DNA of 64,000 nt from Trueperaceae bacterium (GCA_020354625.1 CP070651.1:2538135-2602134), one strand, 5' to 3'. Counted from the first letter of the stretch, positions 10,109-20,854 are shown. The notes: a model not told the origin generated them from the letters alone. Translations and numbers: made by a program.

Positions 10109-11428
10109 TCAATAACCGTCTGTGAGCGTCTTCATGAAGGCGACGATGGCGGCTTCGGCTTCGGCGTCGAGCTGTAGGTTGCCGAGTGGCACGCCCTCGA
10201 GGATCTCCCTGTTGACGTTCCGGTCTACTTCAGGTGGCGGCCAGCCCTCTTCGGGGACGTCTCTGGTGTTGTAAAAGTGCACGACTTCCTCGAGGCTCTT
10301 GAAAACGCCGTTGTGCATGTAGGCCTTGGGGAAGCCTTTTCCGAAGCGCTGATCGACGTTTCTCACCGTGGGCACCTTGTGCTTGCCGTCGTTTTCAAAA
10401 GCCATGGCTGCCCACTCCGGTCTGGACCGTAGGAAGTCACCGAGGCCGAAGTCGACGAAACCTTCGCCATCAGGATTGATCGGGCTACCATCCTCCAAGA
10501 AGACTTCGTCCATGTCGTAGAAGGGGTTCTCGGGGTTTATCGGCACGCCGATGTTGTCGAAGGTGAAGTCGGTGAATAGGGGCGGTACCCCGCCAGGACC
10601 GGGCAGGTGGCTGATGTGGCAGGCCGAGCAGTACTCGCCGAACTCGATGAGCCCGTCGAACTCCTGGTCGGTCAAGATGCCGCCCGGATCCAGAACTGCC
10701 TTGTCCCCTTCAGCCAGGCCACAGTCCCCAGGGTCGTTACCGGCATCGAGGCAGGCGGCCCAGTACGCATCGAACTTGGAGCTAAAGGGGCTCACCTCGG
10801 CCGAGGCCTCGTAAGCGGCGATGGAGAGGCCGATGCTGTCGTACATTGTCAGCACGTCAGGGTAGGTGCAATCGAGCGAGCCGGGGCCCCACACCTCCTC
10901 GAACAGGTCGGCGTACGTGGATCCTTCTACAGCTTCACACACCGCCTGCACACTCGGCATGTTCTGCTCGACCGGGTTCAAGAAGGGTCCCAGCGCCTGG
11001 TCGGCGGCCGGGTTGCCGAGCCGCTCGCCCGTCGCCCGTCCGTCCCAGAAGTTGCCGCCGACAAACACTCCCTCGTCGCTATCGAAGTCGAACACAGGGC
11101 TAAAGGTCGCATACGCCGAGGACGGTGGCTTGCGGTTGCCGAAGCGCTGCGGGACTGCGCCCCGGTAGACGGCGTCGTGCACATTGACGCCGGCCACTGG
11201 ACCTGTCCAGCCGGCTTTGGGGGCGTGACAGGTGGCGCAAGAGATCCAAGGGGGATCCGAGATCTTGGCGAAAAAGAGCTCCTTGCCCAAAGATTCTAGA
11301 GGTGACAGTCCGGGATCATGGCTCACGACGGCGAGCGGTTCCTCCCGTAGACCTTCTTCCATGCGATTCGTGTTGCAGCTTGGGAGCAGGATCAACCAGA
11401 CGGCCAGCAGGTACGGTAACGCTCTCAT
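10109..11428 (-). CDS. Di-haem cytochrome c peroxidase (CCP/MauG family) lipoprotein
   Basis: Two CXXCH haem motifs (CATCH and CSACH). Lipoprotein signal MRALPYLLAVWLILLPSC. The track ORF extends to 11539, but the ATG at 11428 gives the signal peptide. Confidence 0.8.
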   Translation of the reverse strand: MRALPYLLAVWLILLPSCNTNRMEEGLREEPLAVVSHDPGLSPLESLGKELFFAKISDPPWISCATCHAPKAGWTGPVAGVNVHDAVYRGAVPQRFGNRKPPSSAYATFSPVFDFDSDEGVFVGGNFWDGRATGERLGNPAADQALGPFLNPVEQNMPSVQAVCEAVEGSTYADLFEEVWGPGSLDCTYPDVLTMYDSIGLSIAAYEASAEVSPFSSKFDAYWAACLDAGNDPGDCGLAEGDKAVLDPGGILTDQEFDGLIEFGEYCSACHISHLPGPGGVPPLFTDFTFDNIGVPINPENPFYDMDEVFLEDGSPINPDGEGFVDFGLGDFLRSRPEWAAMAFENDGKHKVPTVRNVDQRFGKGFPKAYMHNGVFKSLEEVVHFYNTRDVPEEGWPPPEVDRNVNREILEGVPLGNLQLDAEAEAAIVAFMKTLTDGY

Positions 11429-11924
11429 CTCTCTCCTCCTAGCTCGAGAACAAATGGTTACGAGAATGGTGGGCGACCAGAGCCGAGGGCATCGACCCGT
11501 CTCGGATTGAGGTCTTGTCGTGCCAGTCCCGGGTGCCACCTCTTACCGGAACCTGTACCTCGTTCGAGAGTAGGTTGCAAGGGGCAAACGTCCCACAGAG
11601 AAAGAGGGTGGCTCGGTGTAAGCGGTGCCGAGTGCCGGTATATTCACTCTTTGCGTCGCTCGGTGATGGGGTTTTATGGCGATTTATCTGTGCAGCAGAA
11701 ACGAGGCCTCTGACACGCGTCTTGCGGCCATTCTTCAGCTTCTCGGTTTCCCGGCAGATCTACTCCCCGGTTCTAGAAAGGCGCAAGCGCGTCGCTTCGA
11801 GCGCGTTGCAGTGGACAGGGTAGGGGAGACGACAGGTGGCCCGGCTGCGATGACCCCCAGGGGTGGTATTCAGAATAGGCTCTGTCCGTCTTCGAACTCT
11901 TTAGATCAGGCTCTCGGTCTTCAC

Positions 11925-12662
11925 TCAGGTGATATGCATCAAAAAAGCGGGGTGCCGCACGCTTCCCAGGCCGAGATCTTCATAGAGCGCCGGCGGTAGG
12001 CCGATATCCCCCAAAAAGAGTTCCCCGACCGCCCCGCCCGGTTTGACCCCCTGTTTGGGCAGCCCGACAGCGAGCGTCATGGTCGCTTTCACCAGATCAC
12101 CAGGCACACTGCCGTCGTCGACATGGAGGCCGGTGGGGGTGTCGAGCGAGATGATACACGATCCCTCGGAGAGGCCGTTGACAACGGTGATGACGTCCTG
12201 CGTACGGCCCCGTGGCGGCCCGTCGAGGTTGGTCCCGATGGCGGCATCGATTACGCATGTGAACTTCATCTTCGGTAGGCTCGATCTGACCCGGACGTTG
12301 TCGTAATACTTGAGGTGCTCGAGCTGCTCCTTCGGGGTGCCGGAGTAGTTGTCCGCTTCGTGCGTCGGAACCACCCACACCCGCCTGCCGCGACTGGCGA
12401 GGAGCCTCGCGGCCGCTAGCCCACCACTTCCATTGTTGCCGCGACCGGCCACGACGAGCAACGGGCCTTCTGGAACGAAGAGCGAGACGAGCTCGACCAA
12501 ATTCCGCCCGATGTGTTCAACGATCACCCGGTTATCGAGCCGATACTTTCCGGTGGCAAGCATGAGCATCTGCTGCATCTGGGCAGCAGAGACTTTGGGG
12601 AGCGCCGACCAGGCGATGGTTGGTATGTTGGTATGTTCTGTGTTTATGATTGCCGCTTCCAT
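11925..12662 (-). CDS. nnr: NAD(P)H-hydrate epimerase (YjeF N-terminal domain)
   Basis: Signature VVAGRGNNGSGGLAAARLL. The start is uncertain: the track ORF reaches 12734 and would overlap yebC, whereas the ATG at 12662 (MEAAIIN) avoids the overlap. Confidence 0.6.
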   Translation of the reverse strand: MEAAIINTEHTNIPTIAWSALPKVSAAQMQQMLMLATGKYRLDNRVIVEHIGRNLVELVSLFVPEGPLLVVAGRGNNGSGGLAAARLLASRGRRVWVVPTHEADNYSGTPKEQLEHLKYYDNVRVRSSLPKMKFTCVIDAAIGTNLDGPPRGRTQDVITVVNGLSEGSCIISLDTPTGLHVDDGSVPGDLVKATMTLAVGLPKQGVKPGGAVGELFLGDIGLPPALYEDLGLGSVRHPAFLMHIT

Positions 12663-12675
12663 GATGCCTGAAAAG

Positions 12676-13404
12676 CTAGCTGGCGGCCTCGAGGCCGGTG
12701 AGCTTTGCGTTGCTGTAGACGTTTTGGACGTCATCTAAGTCTTCGAGGCTCTCGAGCATGGTCAGTACTTTTTGCTGATCTTTTGGGGAGAGTTCCGTTT
12801 CGTTCTGCGGTACCTTCGTGAGCTGGCTCGCCTCGATCTGAAACCCTGCCTGCTCGAGCCCTTCGACGAGGCTGTAAAGTTGGCTCGGTTGAGTATAGAT
12901 GGTGAGGGCGTCGTCTTCGAGGTCGAGGTCATCGGCGCCGAGCTCGATAGCTAGCTCCTGCACGCGCTCGGTCGAGTCAGCTATCACGATGATGCCTTTG
13001 GGATCGAACAGCCACGCCGTGCTGCCCGACATGTTGCCGCCATGTTTGGTAAAGATGTGCCGCACCTCGGCCGCCGTTCTGTTCCGGTTGTCGGTGAGAG
13101 CTTCGACCATCAAAGCGATTCCGGAAGGTCCGTATCCTTCGTAGATGACCTGTTCGAACGATCCCCCTTCACTCCCGCCAACCGCTCGCTCGATGGCTTT
13201 ATCGATGTTGCTGGCGGGGACGTCATCGGTTTTTGCAGCTGCCAGGGCGTTTTTCAAAGCCAAATTCGTGCTCGGATCATCGCCACCACCCTCACGAACT
13301 GCGGTCTGAATGGCGCGAATATGCTTGCTGATCATCTTGCCGCGTTGCTGGTCGTTGGCGGCTTTTTTCCGTTTGATCTGAGACCACTTACTATGACCGG
13401 CCAA
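12676..13404 (-). CDS. yebC: YebC/PmpR family DNA-binding transcriptional regulator
   Basis: Characteristic N-terminus (M)AGHSKWSQIKRKKAANDQQRGK. TTG start with an AAGGAGG ribosome-binding site. Confidence 0.9.
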   Translation of the reverse strand: MAGHSKWSQIKRKKAANDQQRGKMISKHIRAIQTAVREGGGDDPSTNLALKNALAAAKTDDVPASNIDKAIERAVGGSEGGSFEQVIYEGYGPSGIALMVEALTDNRNRTAAEVRHIFTKHGGNMSGSTAWLFDPKGIIVIADSTERVQELAIELGADDLDLEDDALTIYTQPSQLYSLVEGLEQAGFQIEASQLTKVPQNETELSPKDQQKVLTMLESLEDLDDVQNVYSNAKLTGLEAAS

Positions 13405-13514
13405 GGGTCATAACCTCCTTTACCGCAACCATGGAGACGGTGATGCGGCGCAGACTCCCTCTAGTGTACTGCGAAACAAAAAGATTTTCATGTACGTATG
13501 TAAGGCAAAAAAGA

Positions 13515-13551
13515 CACAATCAAAAGTATCGTGAAATAAAGCACAAATAGG
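13515..13551 (+). promoter_or_regulatory. Copy S2 of the recurrent AT-rich motif (CACAATCAAAAGTATCGTGAAATAAAGCACAAATAGG), about 110-150 nt upstream of the yebC start on the opposite strand
   Basis: Near-identical to S4 (19 of 21 in the core). See findings. Confidence 0.45.
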
Positions 13552-13597
13552 GCAGAGGAGACCGCCTAGCCGCCCACCTGTACACGGCCGCGCTCGC

Positions 13598-13930
13598 CTA
13601 CTGCGAAGAACCCTCTAGTGACTCACTCCGGTCGTATGTCGTTACCAGGTAGGGGAGGTCCGATTGGTGATAACGTCCTCTATCGTCATACCAGAAGATG
13701 TAGGCACCACTTACGGTCTCATTGGCGGCACCACCGCGGGCGTTCGAGCGTGTCACCTTTCCGTCGACAGTGCCCGTAAACAGGGCGACGCCATCATGAC
13801 TGTAGAGCGTGATGTACATCCGGGTGTTGGTGAAGTCTTGGATGCTTCTACGAAGGCGGTTTTGTGTCTCGTTTCGGCACCCTGCCAACACAAAGATGAG
13901 CAGGGCGGAAATCAATAACAACCTCTTCAC
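13598..13930 (-). CDS. Small hypothetical lipoprotein
   Basis: N-terminal signal MKRLLLISALLIFVLAGC with a lipobox. No recognisable domain. The same-locus plus-strand ORF 13664..13918 lacks any such feature. Confidence 0.5.
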   Translation of the reverse strand: MKRLLLISALLIFVLAGCRNETQNRLRRSIQDFTNTRMYITLYSHDGVALFTGTVDGKVTRSNARGGAANETVSGAYIFWYDDRGRYHQSDLPYLVTTYDRSESLEGSSQ

Positions 13931-14050
13931 AAGTTACCTCCATGCAATTCGTCTTTCTTATTCCTTAGACTACCGCAAGCGTGGGAATCCTACTCGTGGC
14001 GACGCGACCTGGTTAACAAGTACGCACTCAAATAATGTATAGTGATCGTA

Positions 14051-15004
14051 GTGAGTCGCGCCACCAACAACCCGTACCAGACACTAGGCGTCCCTGTGGA
14101 TGCCAGCGCTGAGGAGATCAAAAGCGCCTACCGGCAACTCGCCCTCAAGTATCATCCCGACCGGAACCGAGGCGATAAGGACGCGGAGGATAAGTTTAAG
14201 GAGATATCTGAGGCCTACGCAACCCTGCGAGATCCGGAGAGTCGCCGCGCCTACGACACCTACGGCCAGGCAGGCGACTATCGTAGACCTGATTTTAGCC
14301 AGGTCGATTGGCAGACGATCTTTAGCGAAGCGAACATCGATATTCAATGGGATCCCCGCCAGGGAGCGCCCCGTACGGGTAATGCCGTGTTCGACGTGCT
14401 CTTCGGTGCGTTTACCGGACTCATGCGCAACTCCGGGCTACTCCCTGGTGAGGACCGGCAGCTAACGTTTGTGCTCCCTTTGCGAAAGGCCAGACCGGGT
14501 GACCAGCACCGGGTACGCGTGCCGGGTCCGAGTGTTTGCCCGACGTGCCTCGGTAGCGGGATGACGTCAGCGGGCGCTCCCTGTCCAACCTGTTATGGAC
14601 GCCGTGTCCTGGCAGGGGGGTCTGACGTCATATTCACGCTTCCAGAAAGCTTTCACAGCGGCCAGAAGTTACGATTGCGTGGTCTAGGAGGGCCGGGGAG
14701 TCCTCCAGGAGATGCGATTATTACCATTCAGCTCATTCTTCCCACTGAGTCTAAGCTCGTCGGAAATGATCTCCACAGCACGTTGTACCTCACCCCGCTC
14801 GAGGCCAGCCAAGGACTCAGAACCGTTCATCACAGCACGTCTTTGGCGATTCCAAAAGGCACCAAAGATGGAGACATTATCCATCAATCGAATGGTCCTA
14901 TGGGGGGAGACCATATCGTTACCGTGCGGCTCAGTGTCTGGCGCGGTATCTGGCGGCGTGCCACCAACCTGCTACAGAATCTCACAGAATCTACCGAGGA
15001 GTGA
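14051..15004 (+). CDS. DnaJ-class co-chaperone (J domain plus a single CxxC pair; DnaJ2-like)
   Basis: J domain with the HPD motif (YQTLGV...KYHPDRN) and one CPTC-X10-CPTC unit. The GTG at 14051 lies 8 nt downstream of TGTATAGT, a leaderless-type arrangement. The track start at 14042 overlaps the -10. Confidence 0.75.
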   Translation: MSRATNNPYQTLGVPVDASAEEIKSAYRQLALKYHPDRNRGDKDAEDKFKEISEAYATLRDPESRRAYDTYGQAGDYRRPDFSQVDWQTIFSEANIDIQWDPRQGAPRTGNAVFDVLFGAFTGLMRNSGLLPGEDRQLTFVLPLRKARPGDQHRVRVPGPSVCPTCLGSGMTSAGAPCPTCYGRRVLAGGSDVIFTLPESFHSGQKLRLRGLGGPGSPPGDAIITIQLILPTESKLVGNDLHSTLYLTPLEASQGLRTVHHSTSLAIPKGTKDGDIIHQSNGPMGGDHIVTVRLSVWRGIWRRATNLLQNLTESTEE

Positions 15005-15007
15005 TGC

Positions 15008-15415
15008 ATGACAGAGAAAACGGGCAGGGATGACGGAAAAACGAAAGCTCCGAACAAAGATAAGCCTCTCTACGTCATCAGCGTTGCCGCAGAGCTCGTC
15101 GACATGCACCCACAGACTCTGAGGCTCTATGAGCGCAAAGGCCTCATCGAGCCGAGCCGGAGCGCCGGCAAGACGCGTCTTTACTCCCAGCGGGATATCG
15201 AACAGCTACAAGAGATCAGGCGATTGACCCAAGAACTCGGTATCAACCTCGCCGGTGTCGAGGAGATCATCAAACTGAGGAGAAAGCTCGACAGCCTGCA
15301 AAACAACCTCGAGGGACGGATCAAAGGTCTACAGCAAGAGCTGCAACAGCGCATGCAAGCCTACCGTGCTTTGCCCTCGAGCATCGAACTCCCAGAGGAC
15401 GATGAAAATGGCTGA
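15008..15415 (+). CDS. hspR: MerR-family heat-shock repressor HspR
   Basis: N-terminal MerR HTH ([50 protein letters not shown]) with a coiled-coil C-terminus. It lies immediately downstream of the dnaJ-like gene, the usual dnaJ-hspR order. Confidence 0.8.
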   Translation: MTEKTGRDDGKTKAPNKDKPLYVISVAAELVDMHPQTLRLYERKGLIEPSRSAGKTRLYSQRDIEQLQEIRRLTQELGINLAGVEEIIKLRRKLDSLQNNLEGRIKGLQQELQQRMQAYRALPSSIELPEDDENG

Positions 15416-15489
15416 GCGTGATCGCGGGGCGTTGCTTTGATTCGTAAAAGAGATCCCGAATCCGCTATCAGGCACTGGTAGACTAGAGC

Positions 15490-18400
15490 GTGCACCTTAC
15501 CACCATCAGCCTTCAAGGGTTCAAGAGCTTTGCGGAGCGGACCACCGTGGAGTTCCCTCGAGGCATTACTGCCATCATTGGGCCGAATGGCTCGGGGAAG
15601 TCGAACCTAATCGAAGCCCTCAAGTGGGTGACCAGCAGCGGTCGAGCACGCGAGTACCGGGCTACGGATCGAACAGAACTCATCTTTCACGGGGCGACCA
15701 CCAAACGTAGTCTCGGCTTTACCGAAGTCGAAATCGAACTCGCCACCGAGGGAACTCCGCTCAAGATCCGGCGCTCGCTGTACCGCGATGGAACGACCAA
15801 GCTCAAACTCAACGGTCAAAACAGCAGACAACTCGACGTACAAGAGCGGCTTGCGGGTAGTGGGCTCAGCCGTGGCAGTCTCGCGATCATCGGTCAGGGA
15901 GAGGTGAGTGAGGTCTTGCTCGCCGATCCGGAAAAACTTCTTCAGTATCTCGCAGAGGCGGCCAACATTACTACGCTTAGGGACCGGCGCGAGACGAGCA
16001 AGGCCCGACTCGAAAACGCCCAACTCAACCTCGAACGCCTTGGCGACCTACTCATTGAGCGTAGAGAACATCTCGACAACCTCGAGCAGGAGTCTCGTAG
16101 GGCACTCTGGCATCAAGAACTGAGTGAACGTGCACATGCGCTCAGGTTCACCCTCGCAAGGCTCCGCTTCGAATCGCTTTCGGGTGACGTCTCCAGACTG
16201 CACCAGAGCCTCGAGGTACTCGAGCAAGAGATCGCTCGGGGAGATAGCAGCCTCTCCAAGCTCCGAACAGGGCTTCAAGCAGCGCGTGGAGAGGTGCGTG
16301 AGGCGCAGGAGTCCTATCGCGCCAGTTACGCTCGGGCGGAAGCGAAACGAGGAGATGTGCGCGTATCCAGAGAGCGGCGGGCCCGCATCGAGGACCGACA
16401 CAACAACCTGGAGACGCAACTTGTTGAAGCCCGACGTGAACGTACCGAGCTCGGCGATCCAAAACCTCCAACCGCGCCAGCAGGAAATCTTGAGGAGCTC
16501 GAGCGAGACGAACGTAATGCCTTTGGGGACCTAATCGTTGTTCAGAAGGAGAACGAACGCCTTGCAGCAGCCGTTCGATCGGAACGAGATGAGCTCCAGG
16601 GCCTACGGGCGAGGGCCACAACGGAGGAGCTCGCCCATGCGAGGTACGAGGCCACGCGGCAGCAGCTTGAGCAACAGTTACGACTGCTAGACGATCAGCC
16701 AGGACCGGATCCTGTTCAAGAGAGCACACTCGAGCAACTCAAAGACCACGTCAACGAACTCGAACAAGCGCATGAAGAAGCGCGACAAGCCCTAGAGGCG
16801 TCACGCACCGAGCTCGGCAGCGCTCAAAATAAACACGCCCAGGCGAACGCGGAGGCGGACGCTGCGAAGACGGCTGTAGAGCGTGCCAGACGTGCTCTAC
16901 AGGCACGCCGCGGGTATCAACAAGGCCCCCGCATCGCGCTTGAGAGCGGGCTCGAGGGGATCCACGGGTCCGTGGCCGATCTCATCGACGTACCCGAAAT
17001 GTATCGTCAAGCTATCGCGAGTGCCCTCGGACGTAGAGCGCAATATGTGGTCGTGGACACGGCCGAGACGGGCAAACAGGTGATCGACTACACCCGTCGC
17101 CACACGGCTTGGGTAACCGTTCTCCCTCTCGATCTCCTAGACCCAAAAATGAGCCGGCCACCGAGCGGCCTGCTCGAGGCGCCGGGCGTTATAGGGCTCG
17201 CCAGCTCGGTGGTCAGAACGAAAGCGCGCTATCGTTCGGTGGCAGACCAGCTTCTCAATAACGTGCTCCTCGTCGAAACCCTCGATGTGGCCGTCGATCT
17301 CGCACGGAGCTACCGGCGTAGACCGAGGCTTATCACCTTAGACGGGGATACGCTCGAGCCGAGTGGGGCGATGAGTGGAGGGCGTGCGCCCCTCACGGTC
17401 AACGTGTTAGGGGCTGCACAAGAACTCGAGCGCACGGAGCAAAACGCCGAAGCGTTCTCGCGCACCGCGGAAAAGACGGAGAAGAGGCTTGTCGACGCGA
17501 CCACCGCCTACGAACGCGCGCGAGAACGGGAACGGGACCTAGCCGCCACCGTTACGGTGACGCAACGGCGGCTCGGCAGAGTTCGTGAGGAACGTGCTGC
17601 CAGTAAGCGACTGGCCGACCAACAGGAAACCCAACGAGAACACATTCAGTCGTCTCTCGCGACGCTCACGCCGCCTCAACGCACCGTCAGCGAGCGCGAG
17701 CTCGATCAAGCGGGGGCGGATGTGGAGGCCAACCAGAGTCGACTCGAGCGAGCAGCTGCACAAACACAATACCTCCAGCAGAGACATCAACAAGCACAAC
17801 AGGCGCACCTCATTTACAAGGAACAGGTCAAGGGCTATCAGCAAGCCTATCACCAACACCAAAAAGATCTGCAACGCCTCGCCATTATAGAGAGGCAGAT
17901 CACAACGCTCAAGACAACCTTGGAGGAGAACCTAACCCAGCTCGAGATGGCGCGACGGGATGAAGAGGACGCAGAAAAGGCTCTTCCTGATGACCTCGAC
18001 CAGAAAGAGGTGCAAGCCAAGCAGGCAGAAGAGAAGGCTCTCGGCCTCGAAAATGCACTCAGCGAACTTACAGTAGAACAGGCGAGGCGTGGCCAGGAAG
18101 CGGAGCGCACTCGCCTAAGCCTCGCGCGCCGTGAGACGTCTCTCGAGGTGGCCACTGAGGAGTTGGAGCAGTACCCTCCAGGACTCGAGTTACAACCGGG
18201 GACCGAAAGGGGTATTCGGCAACAGCTTCAGGAGGTGAGCGAAGAGTTGGAGGCGGTCGGTCCCGTCAATCACCTCGCTACACGGGCCTACCAAGAACAG
18301 AAGGATCAAGTCGAGACGCTCGAGCGCGAGAGCGGAGAGGCACTGCAAGCCACCCGTGATCTCGAAGAGGTCCTCGAACGTCTCGATGGTGAGATTACCA

Positions 18401-18879
18401 GTCGGCTCTCCAGAGCGCTCAAAGCCCTCAGGCGCAGTTTTCAGCGGTATGCAGAGGAGCTATTCGACGGACAGGTTACAGCCGGTATCGAGGTGGAAAC
18501 CGAACAGGGTAGGCCGGTGGGGATGCGTATCAAACTTCAACCTCCAGGCAAACGCACACCGGACCTTAGGCTCCTCTCGGTTGGAGAGCGCACCATGGGT
18601 GCGTTGGCGTTCCTATTCGCCTTGACGGCTGATGGAGGGCTCCCCATCGCGGTGTTGGACGAGGTTGACGCACCGCTTGACGAGATCAACATCCGCCGGT
18701 ACTGCAAATTTCTCAAGCGACTCGCCGAAGACGGTACCCAGTTCATCCTCATCACCCATCAGAAGGCCACACTCGAGGTGGCGGACGTGCTATGGGGGGT
18801 TACTACCGATGGAGGGGCGAGCCGGTTGTTCAGTATTCGTAAAGATGAAACCGCTGAGCGCCAGGTGGTGCTCGGCTAA
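15490..18879 (+). CDS. smc: Chromosome segregation protein SMC
   Basis: 1129 aa. Walker A (GPNGSGKSN), long coiled coils with a hinge, and C-terminal signature/Walker B (LSVGERTMGALAFLFAL...LDEVDAPLD). Confidence 0.95.
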   Translation: MHLTTISLQGFKSFAERTTVEFPRGITAIIGPNGSGKSNLIEALKWVTSSGRAREYRATDRTELIFHGATTKRSLGFTEVEIELATEGTPLKIRRSLYRDGTTKLKLNGQNSRQLDVQERLAGSGLSRGSLAIIGQGEVSEVLLADPEKLLQYLAEAANITTLRDRRETSKARLENAQLNLERLGDLLIERREHLDNLEQESRRALWHQELSERAHALRFTLARLRFESLSGDVSRLHQSLEVLEQEIARGDSSLSKLRTGLQAARGEVREAQESYRASYARAEAKRGDVRVSRERRARIEDRHNNLETQLVEARRERTELGDPKPPTAPAGNLEELERDERNAFGDLIVVQKENERLAAAVRSERDELQGLRARATTEELAHARYEATRQQLEQQLRLLDDQPGPDPVQESTLEQLKDHVNELEQAHEEARQALEASRTELGSAQNKHAQANAEADAAKTAVERARRALQARRGYQQGPRIALESGLEGIHGSVADLIDVPEMYRQAIASALGRRAQYVVVDTAETGKQVIDYTRRHTAWVTVLPLDLLDPKMSRPPSGLLEAPGVIGLASSVVRTKARYRSVADQLLNNVLLVETLDVAVDLARSYRRRPRLITLDGDTLEPSGAMSGGRAPLTVNVLGAAQELERTEQNAEAFSRTAEKTEKRLVDATTAYERARERERDLAATVTVTQRRLGRVREERAASKRLADQQETQREHIQSSLATLTPPQRTVSERELDQAGADVEANQSRLERAAAQTQYLQQRHQQAQQAHLIYKEQVKGYQQAYHQHQKDLQRLAIIERQITTLKTTLEENLTQLEMARRDEEDAEKALPDDLDQKEVQAKQAEEKALGLENALSELTVEQARRGQEAERTRLSLARRETSLEVATEELEQYPPGLELQPGTERGIRQQLQEVSEELEAVGPVNHLATRAYQEQKDQVETLERESGEALQATRDLEEVLERLDGEITSRLSRALKALRRSFQRYAEELFDGQVTAGIEVETEQGRPVGMRIKLQPPGKRTPDLRLLSVGERTMGALAFLFALTADGGLPIAVLDEVDAPLDEINIRRYCKFLKRLAEDGTQFILITHQKATLEVADVLWGVTTDGGASRLFSIRKDETAERQVVLG

Positions 18880-18883
18880 CCCG

Positions 18884-19600
18884 GTGACAACCAGGAACCA
18901 GCTACCGCACTTCCGTTCGGTGACCTATCGGAGCGTCGGGTCTACCCAGGATCTTATGCGTCGAAAACTCGCGTCGGGCGAGGATGTACACGGCCTGGTG
19001 ATCCGGGCACACGTCCAGACACAGGGGCGTGGCAGGCAGGGGAAGGTCTGGAGTAGTCCCGCTGGTGGCAGTTACCAGACGATCGGTCTGCGAGACTCTG
19101 GGACGTCCCGACTCCGCATGCCTCTCGTCGGCCTCGCTATCGGGGCAGGTCTCGCCACCACGTTTAAGCAAGCTGGTGCGCAAGTGGGGTTGAAGTGGCC
19201 AAACGATCTTTACTATAAGGGCAAGAAGATCGGAGGGATTCTCACGGAATACCTGCAGCAGCACCTCCTTGTCGGCATCGGGCTCAACGTGAGCAACCGC
19301 CCTCCGGAAGGAGGGGCAAGTCTTACGGGGTGGGAGCTCGGTGAGGTCGGAGAGATCGTACTCGAAGGGTATCGGTTGGGGCTCGGTATGTTCTACTCCG
19401 GCGAAGATATTACGGCGCTATGGAGCGAATACGACGTGCTTGCGGGGCAGCCGGTGGTGATACGGTACGATTCCGGGGTGATACGAGGAACCGCCCGGGG
19501 TATCTGCAATGACGGGCGCCTCAAGGTCGAGGGAGCCGGTGGCGAGTACTACGCGGTGGGTGTTGGTAGGCTCCTCAGTTATAACCTTAAAGTTGGCTGA
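18884..19600 (+). CDS. birA: Biotin--[acetyl-CoA-carboxylase] ligase (BirA catalytic domain type)
   Basis: BPL motifs (VGSTQD...QTQGRGRQGKVWSSPAGG...KWPNDLYYKGKKIGGIL). GTG start 5 nt after the smc stop. The track ORF 18632.. is an upstream out-of-frame extension overlapping smc. Confidence 0.8.
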   Translation: MTTRNQLPHFRSVTYRSVGSTQDLMRRKLASGEDVHGLVIRAHVQTQGRGRQGKVWSSPAGGSYQTIGLRDSGTSRLRMPLVGLAIGAGLATTFKQAGAQVGLKWPNDLYYKGKKIGGILTEYLQQHLLVGIGLNVSNRPPEGGASLTGWELGEVGEIVLEGYRLGLGMFYSGEDITALWSEYDVLAGQPVVIRYDSGVIRGTARGICNDGRLKVEGAGGEYYAVGVGRLLSYNLKVG

Positions 19601-19610
19601 GGCCAGGCTA

Positions 19611-20609
19611 TTACCAGTCATCGATATCCTCACCGATCGCCATCTCGTCGATCTTTGCATAGATACGGGTTGTCTGAATATCTGAGTGGCGTAGGTGGGC
19701 AGCCACGCGGCCCAGATCCTTGACCTGGGCGTAGTAGCGAGAGCCAGCACCATGTCTCAGCCCATGCACACCTTTTACCTCATAAGCGATGCCCGCCTGG
19801 GCGCAGAGTTCCCGGAAACGCTTGCGGGCGTGCCCCTGACCCCAGGGGAGGACAAAAGAGCGTACACGCCTCTTGCCGTAGCGCTTGTCGGGCAAAGAGC
19901 GAAGCTCGCGCAGGGACGCCTGTAAGCGGCCCGACATCCGCACCCTGCCCGCCTTGCCGCCCTTGCCGCTCCGAACCAAGATGAGCTGATTGTTCCAGTC
20001 GACATCCTCCCAGCAGAGTTCGGTCATCTCGCCGATGCGAAGGCCCGCGTGGGCGCCGAGGAGGACCATGACACACAACGCAGGCTCGGCGAGCTCGAGC
20101 CGCCTCTCAACCTCGCGCTGGCTGTAGGGTTTGCGTTTTTCCCAGGCCGGCGTGGGATCTTTGGCGACGGAGACGTTTTCAAACGGCTTGGCGTTCGTTA
20201 CGCCGGCCCAACGTAGCGCCTTATAGAAAGCGCGAGCGGCAGCGAGTTTCACCTGCAGGGTGGCGGGCTCTGCCGGTTTACCACTCAGTGCCAATGGCGT
20301 CGCCTCGAGACTACGGATGTAGAGCACCCCGGCATCACGAGAGGGTCTGAGCAAGTTTTCGTGTTGCCAGGCCTCGAGCAGATCGAGGACTCCTCGCCGG
20401 TAGGCGCGTAGGGTGTGGTGACTGGCGCGTGCTCCCTTGGCTCCATGGAGAAAGAGGTAGGCTTTTGTCAACCCCCAGAGCTGTTCGACGTCGCGATCGC
20501 GAACCGCGGTGGCAGAAAGACGCCTGAGATCTTCGCTCGAAAGGTTGGCCCAGCTCTCGGCTTGGCTCAAGGGGGTTGAAGTGAAGCGCTCGAGCGTCTG
20601 GCTAGACAT
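19611..20609 (-). CDS. Tyrosine-type site-specific recombinase/integrase (XerC/XerD-like phage integrase family)
   Basis: Catalytic residues in context (…GLRIGEMTEL…; HGLRHGAGSRYY…LRHSDIQTTRIYAKID) plus an N-terminal SAM-like domain. Confidence 0.85.
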   Translation of the reverse strand: MSSQTLERFTSTPLSQAESWANLSSEDLRRLSATAVRDRDVEQLWGLTKAYLFLHGAKGARASHHTLRAYRRGVLDLLEAWQHENLLRPSRDAGVLYIRSLEATPLALSGKPAEPATLQVKLAAARAFYKALRWAGVTNAKPFENVSVAKDPTPAWEKRKPYSQREVERRLELAEPALCVMVLLGAHAGLRIGEMTELCWEDVDWNNQLILVRSGKGGKAGRVRMSGRLQASLRELRSLPDKRYGKRRVRSFVLPWGQGHARKRFRELCAQAGIAYEVKGVHGLRHGAGSRYYAQVKDLGRVAAHLRHSDIQTTRIYAKIDEMAIGEDIDDW

Positions 20610-20854
20610 AAGGTGCCTCGAGGGGTAAATAGATGCTCATGACAAGAGCTTACCAAAAGTTTGATAAGGCCACTTATCGTATTTTTCTCATTGAAAAGTC
20701 CTTCTGGCTGTGTGCTATCGACCGTTGATCGTAAGGGCAACGGCTTTCGCCCACAATTTCATATTTTTGTCTCGTCACTACCAACAGGTTCTATTTTTCA
20801 AGGTAGTTTACCCTTCAAACGATCTCGGAGGCCCCTTAACGGCCATCTCAGAGC

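Noticed and set aside
10607-11299. 230-aa plus-strand ORF inside the cytochrome c peroxidase gene
   Set aside because: Antisense to the CDS, which carries two CXXCH motifs and a lipoprotein signal.
13930-14060. HspR-associated inverted repeat (HAIR, CTTGAGT-N7-ACTCAAG) upstream of the dnaJ-hspR pair
   Set aside because: Only ACTCAAA and a distant TGAGT are present, and the spacing does not fit. No convincing HAIR by eye.
16148-18155. Minus-strand ORFs within smc (for example 16148..16729, 17539..17874)
   Set aside because: Antisense to smc. The repetitive, charged composition mirrors the coiled-coil coding strand.
18632-18883. Upstream part of track ORF 18632..19600 overlapping the end of smc
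   Set aside because: Out-of-frame overlap with smc. BirA homology starts only after the GTG at 18884.
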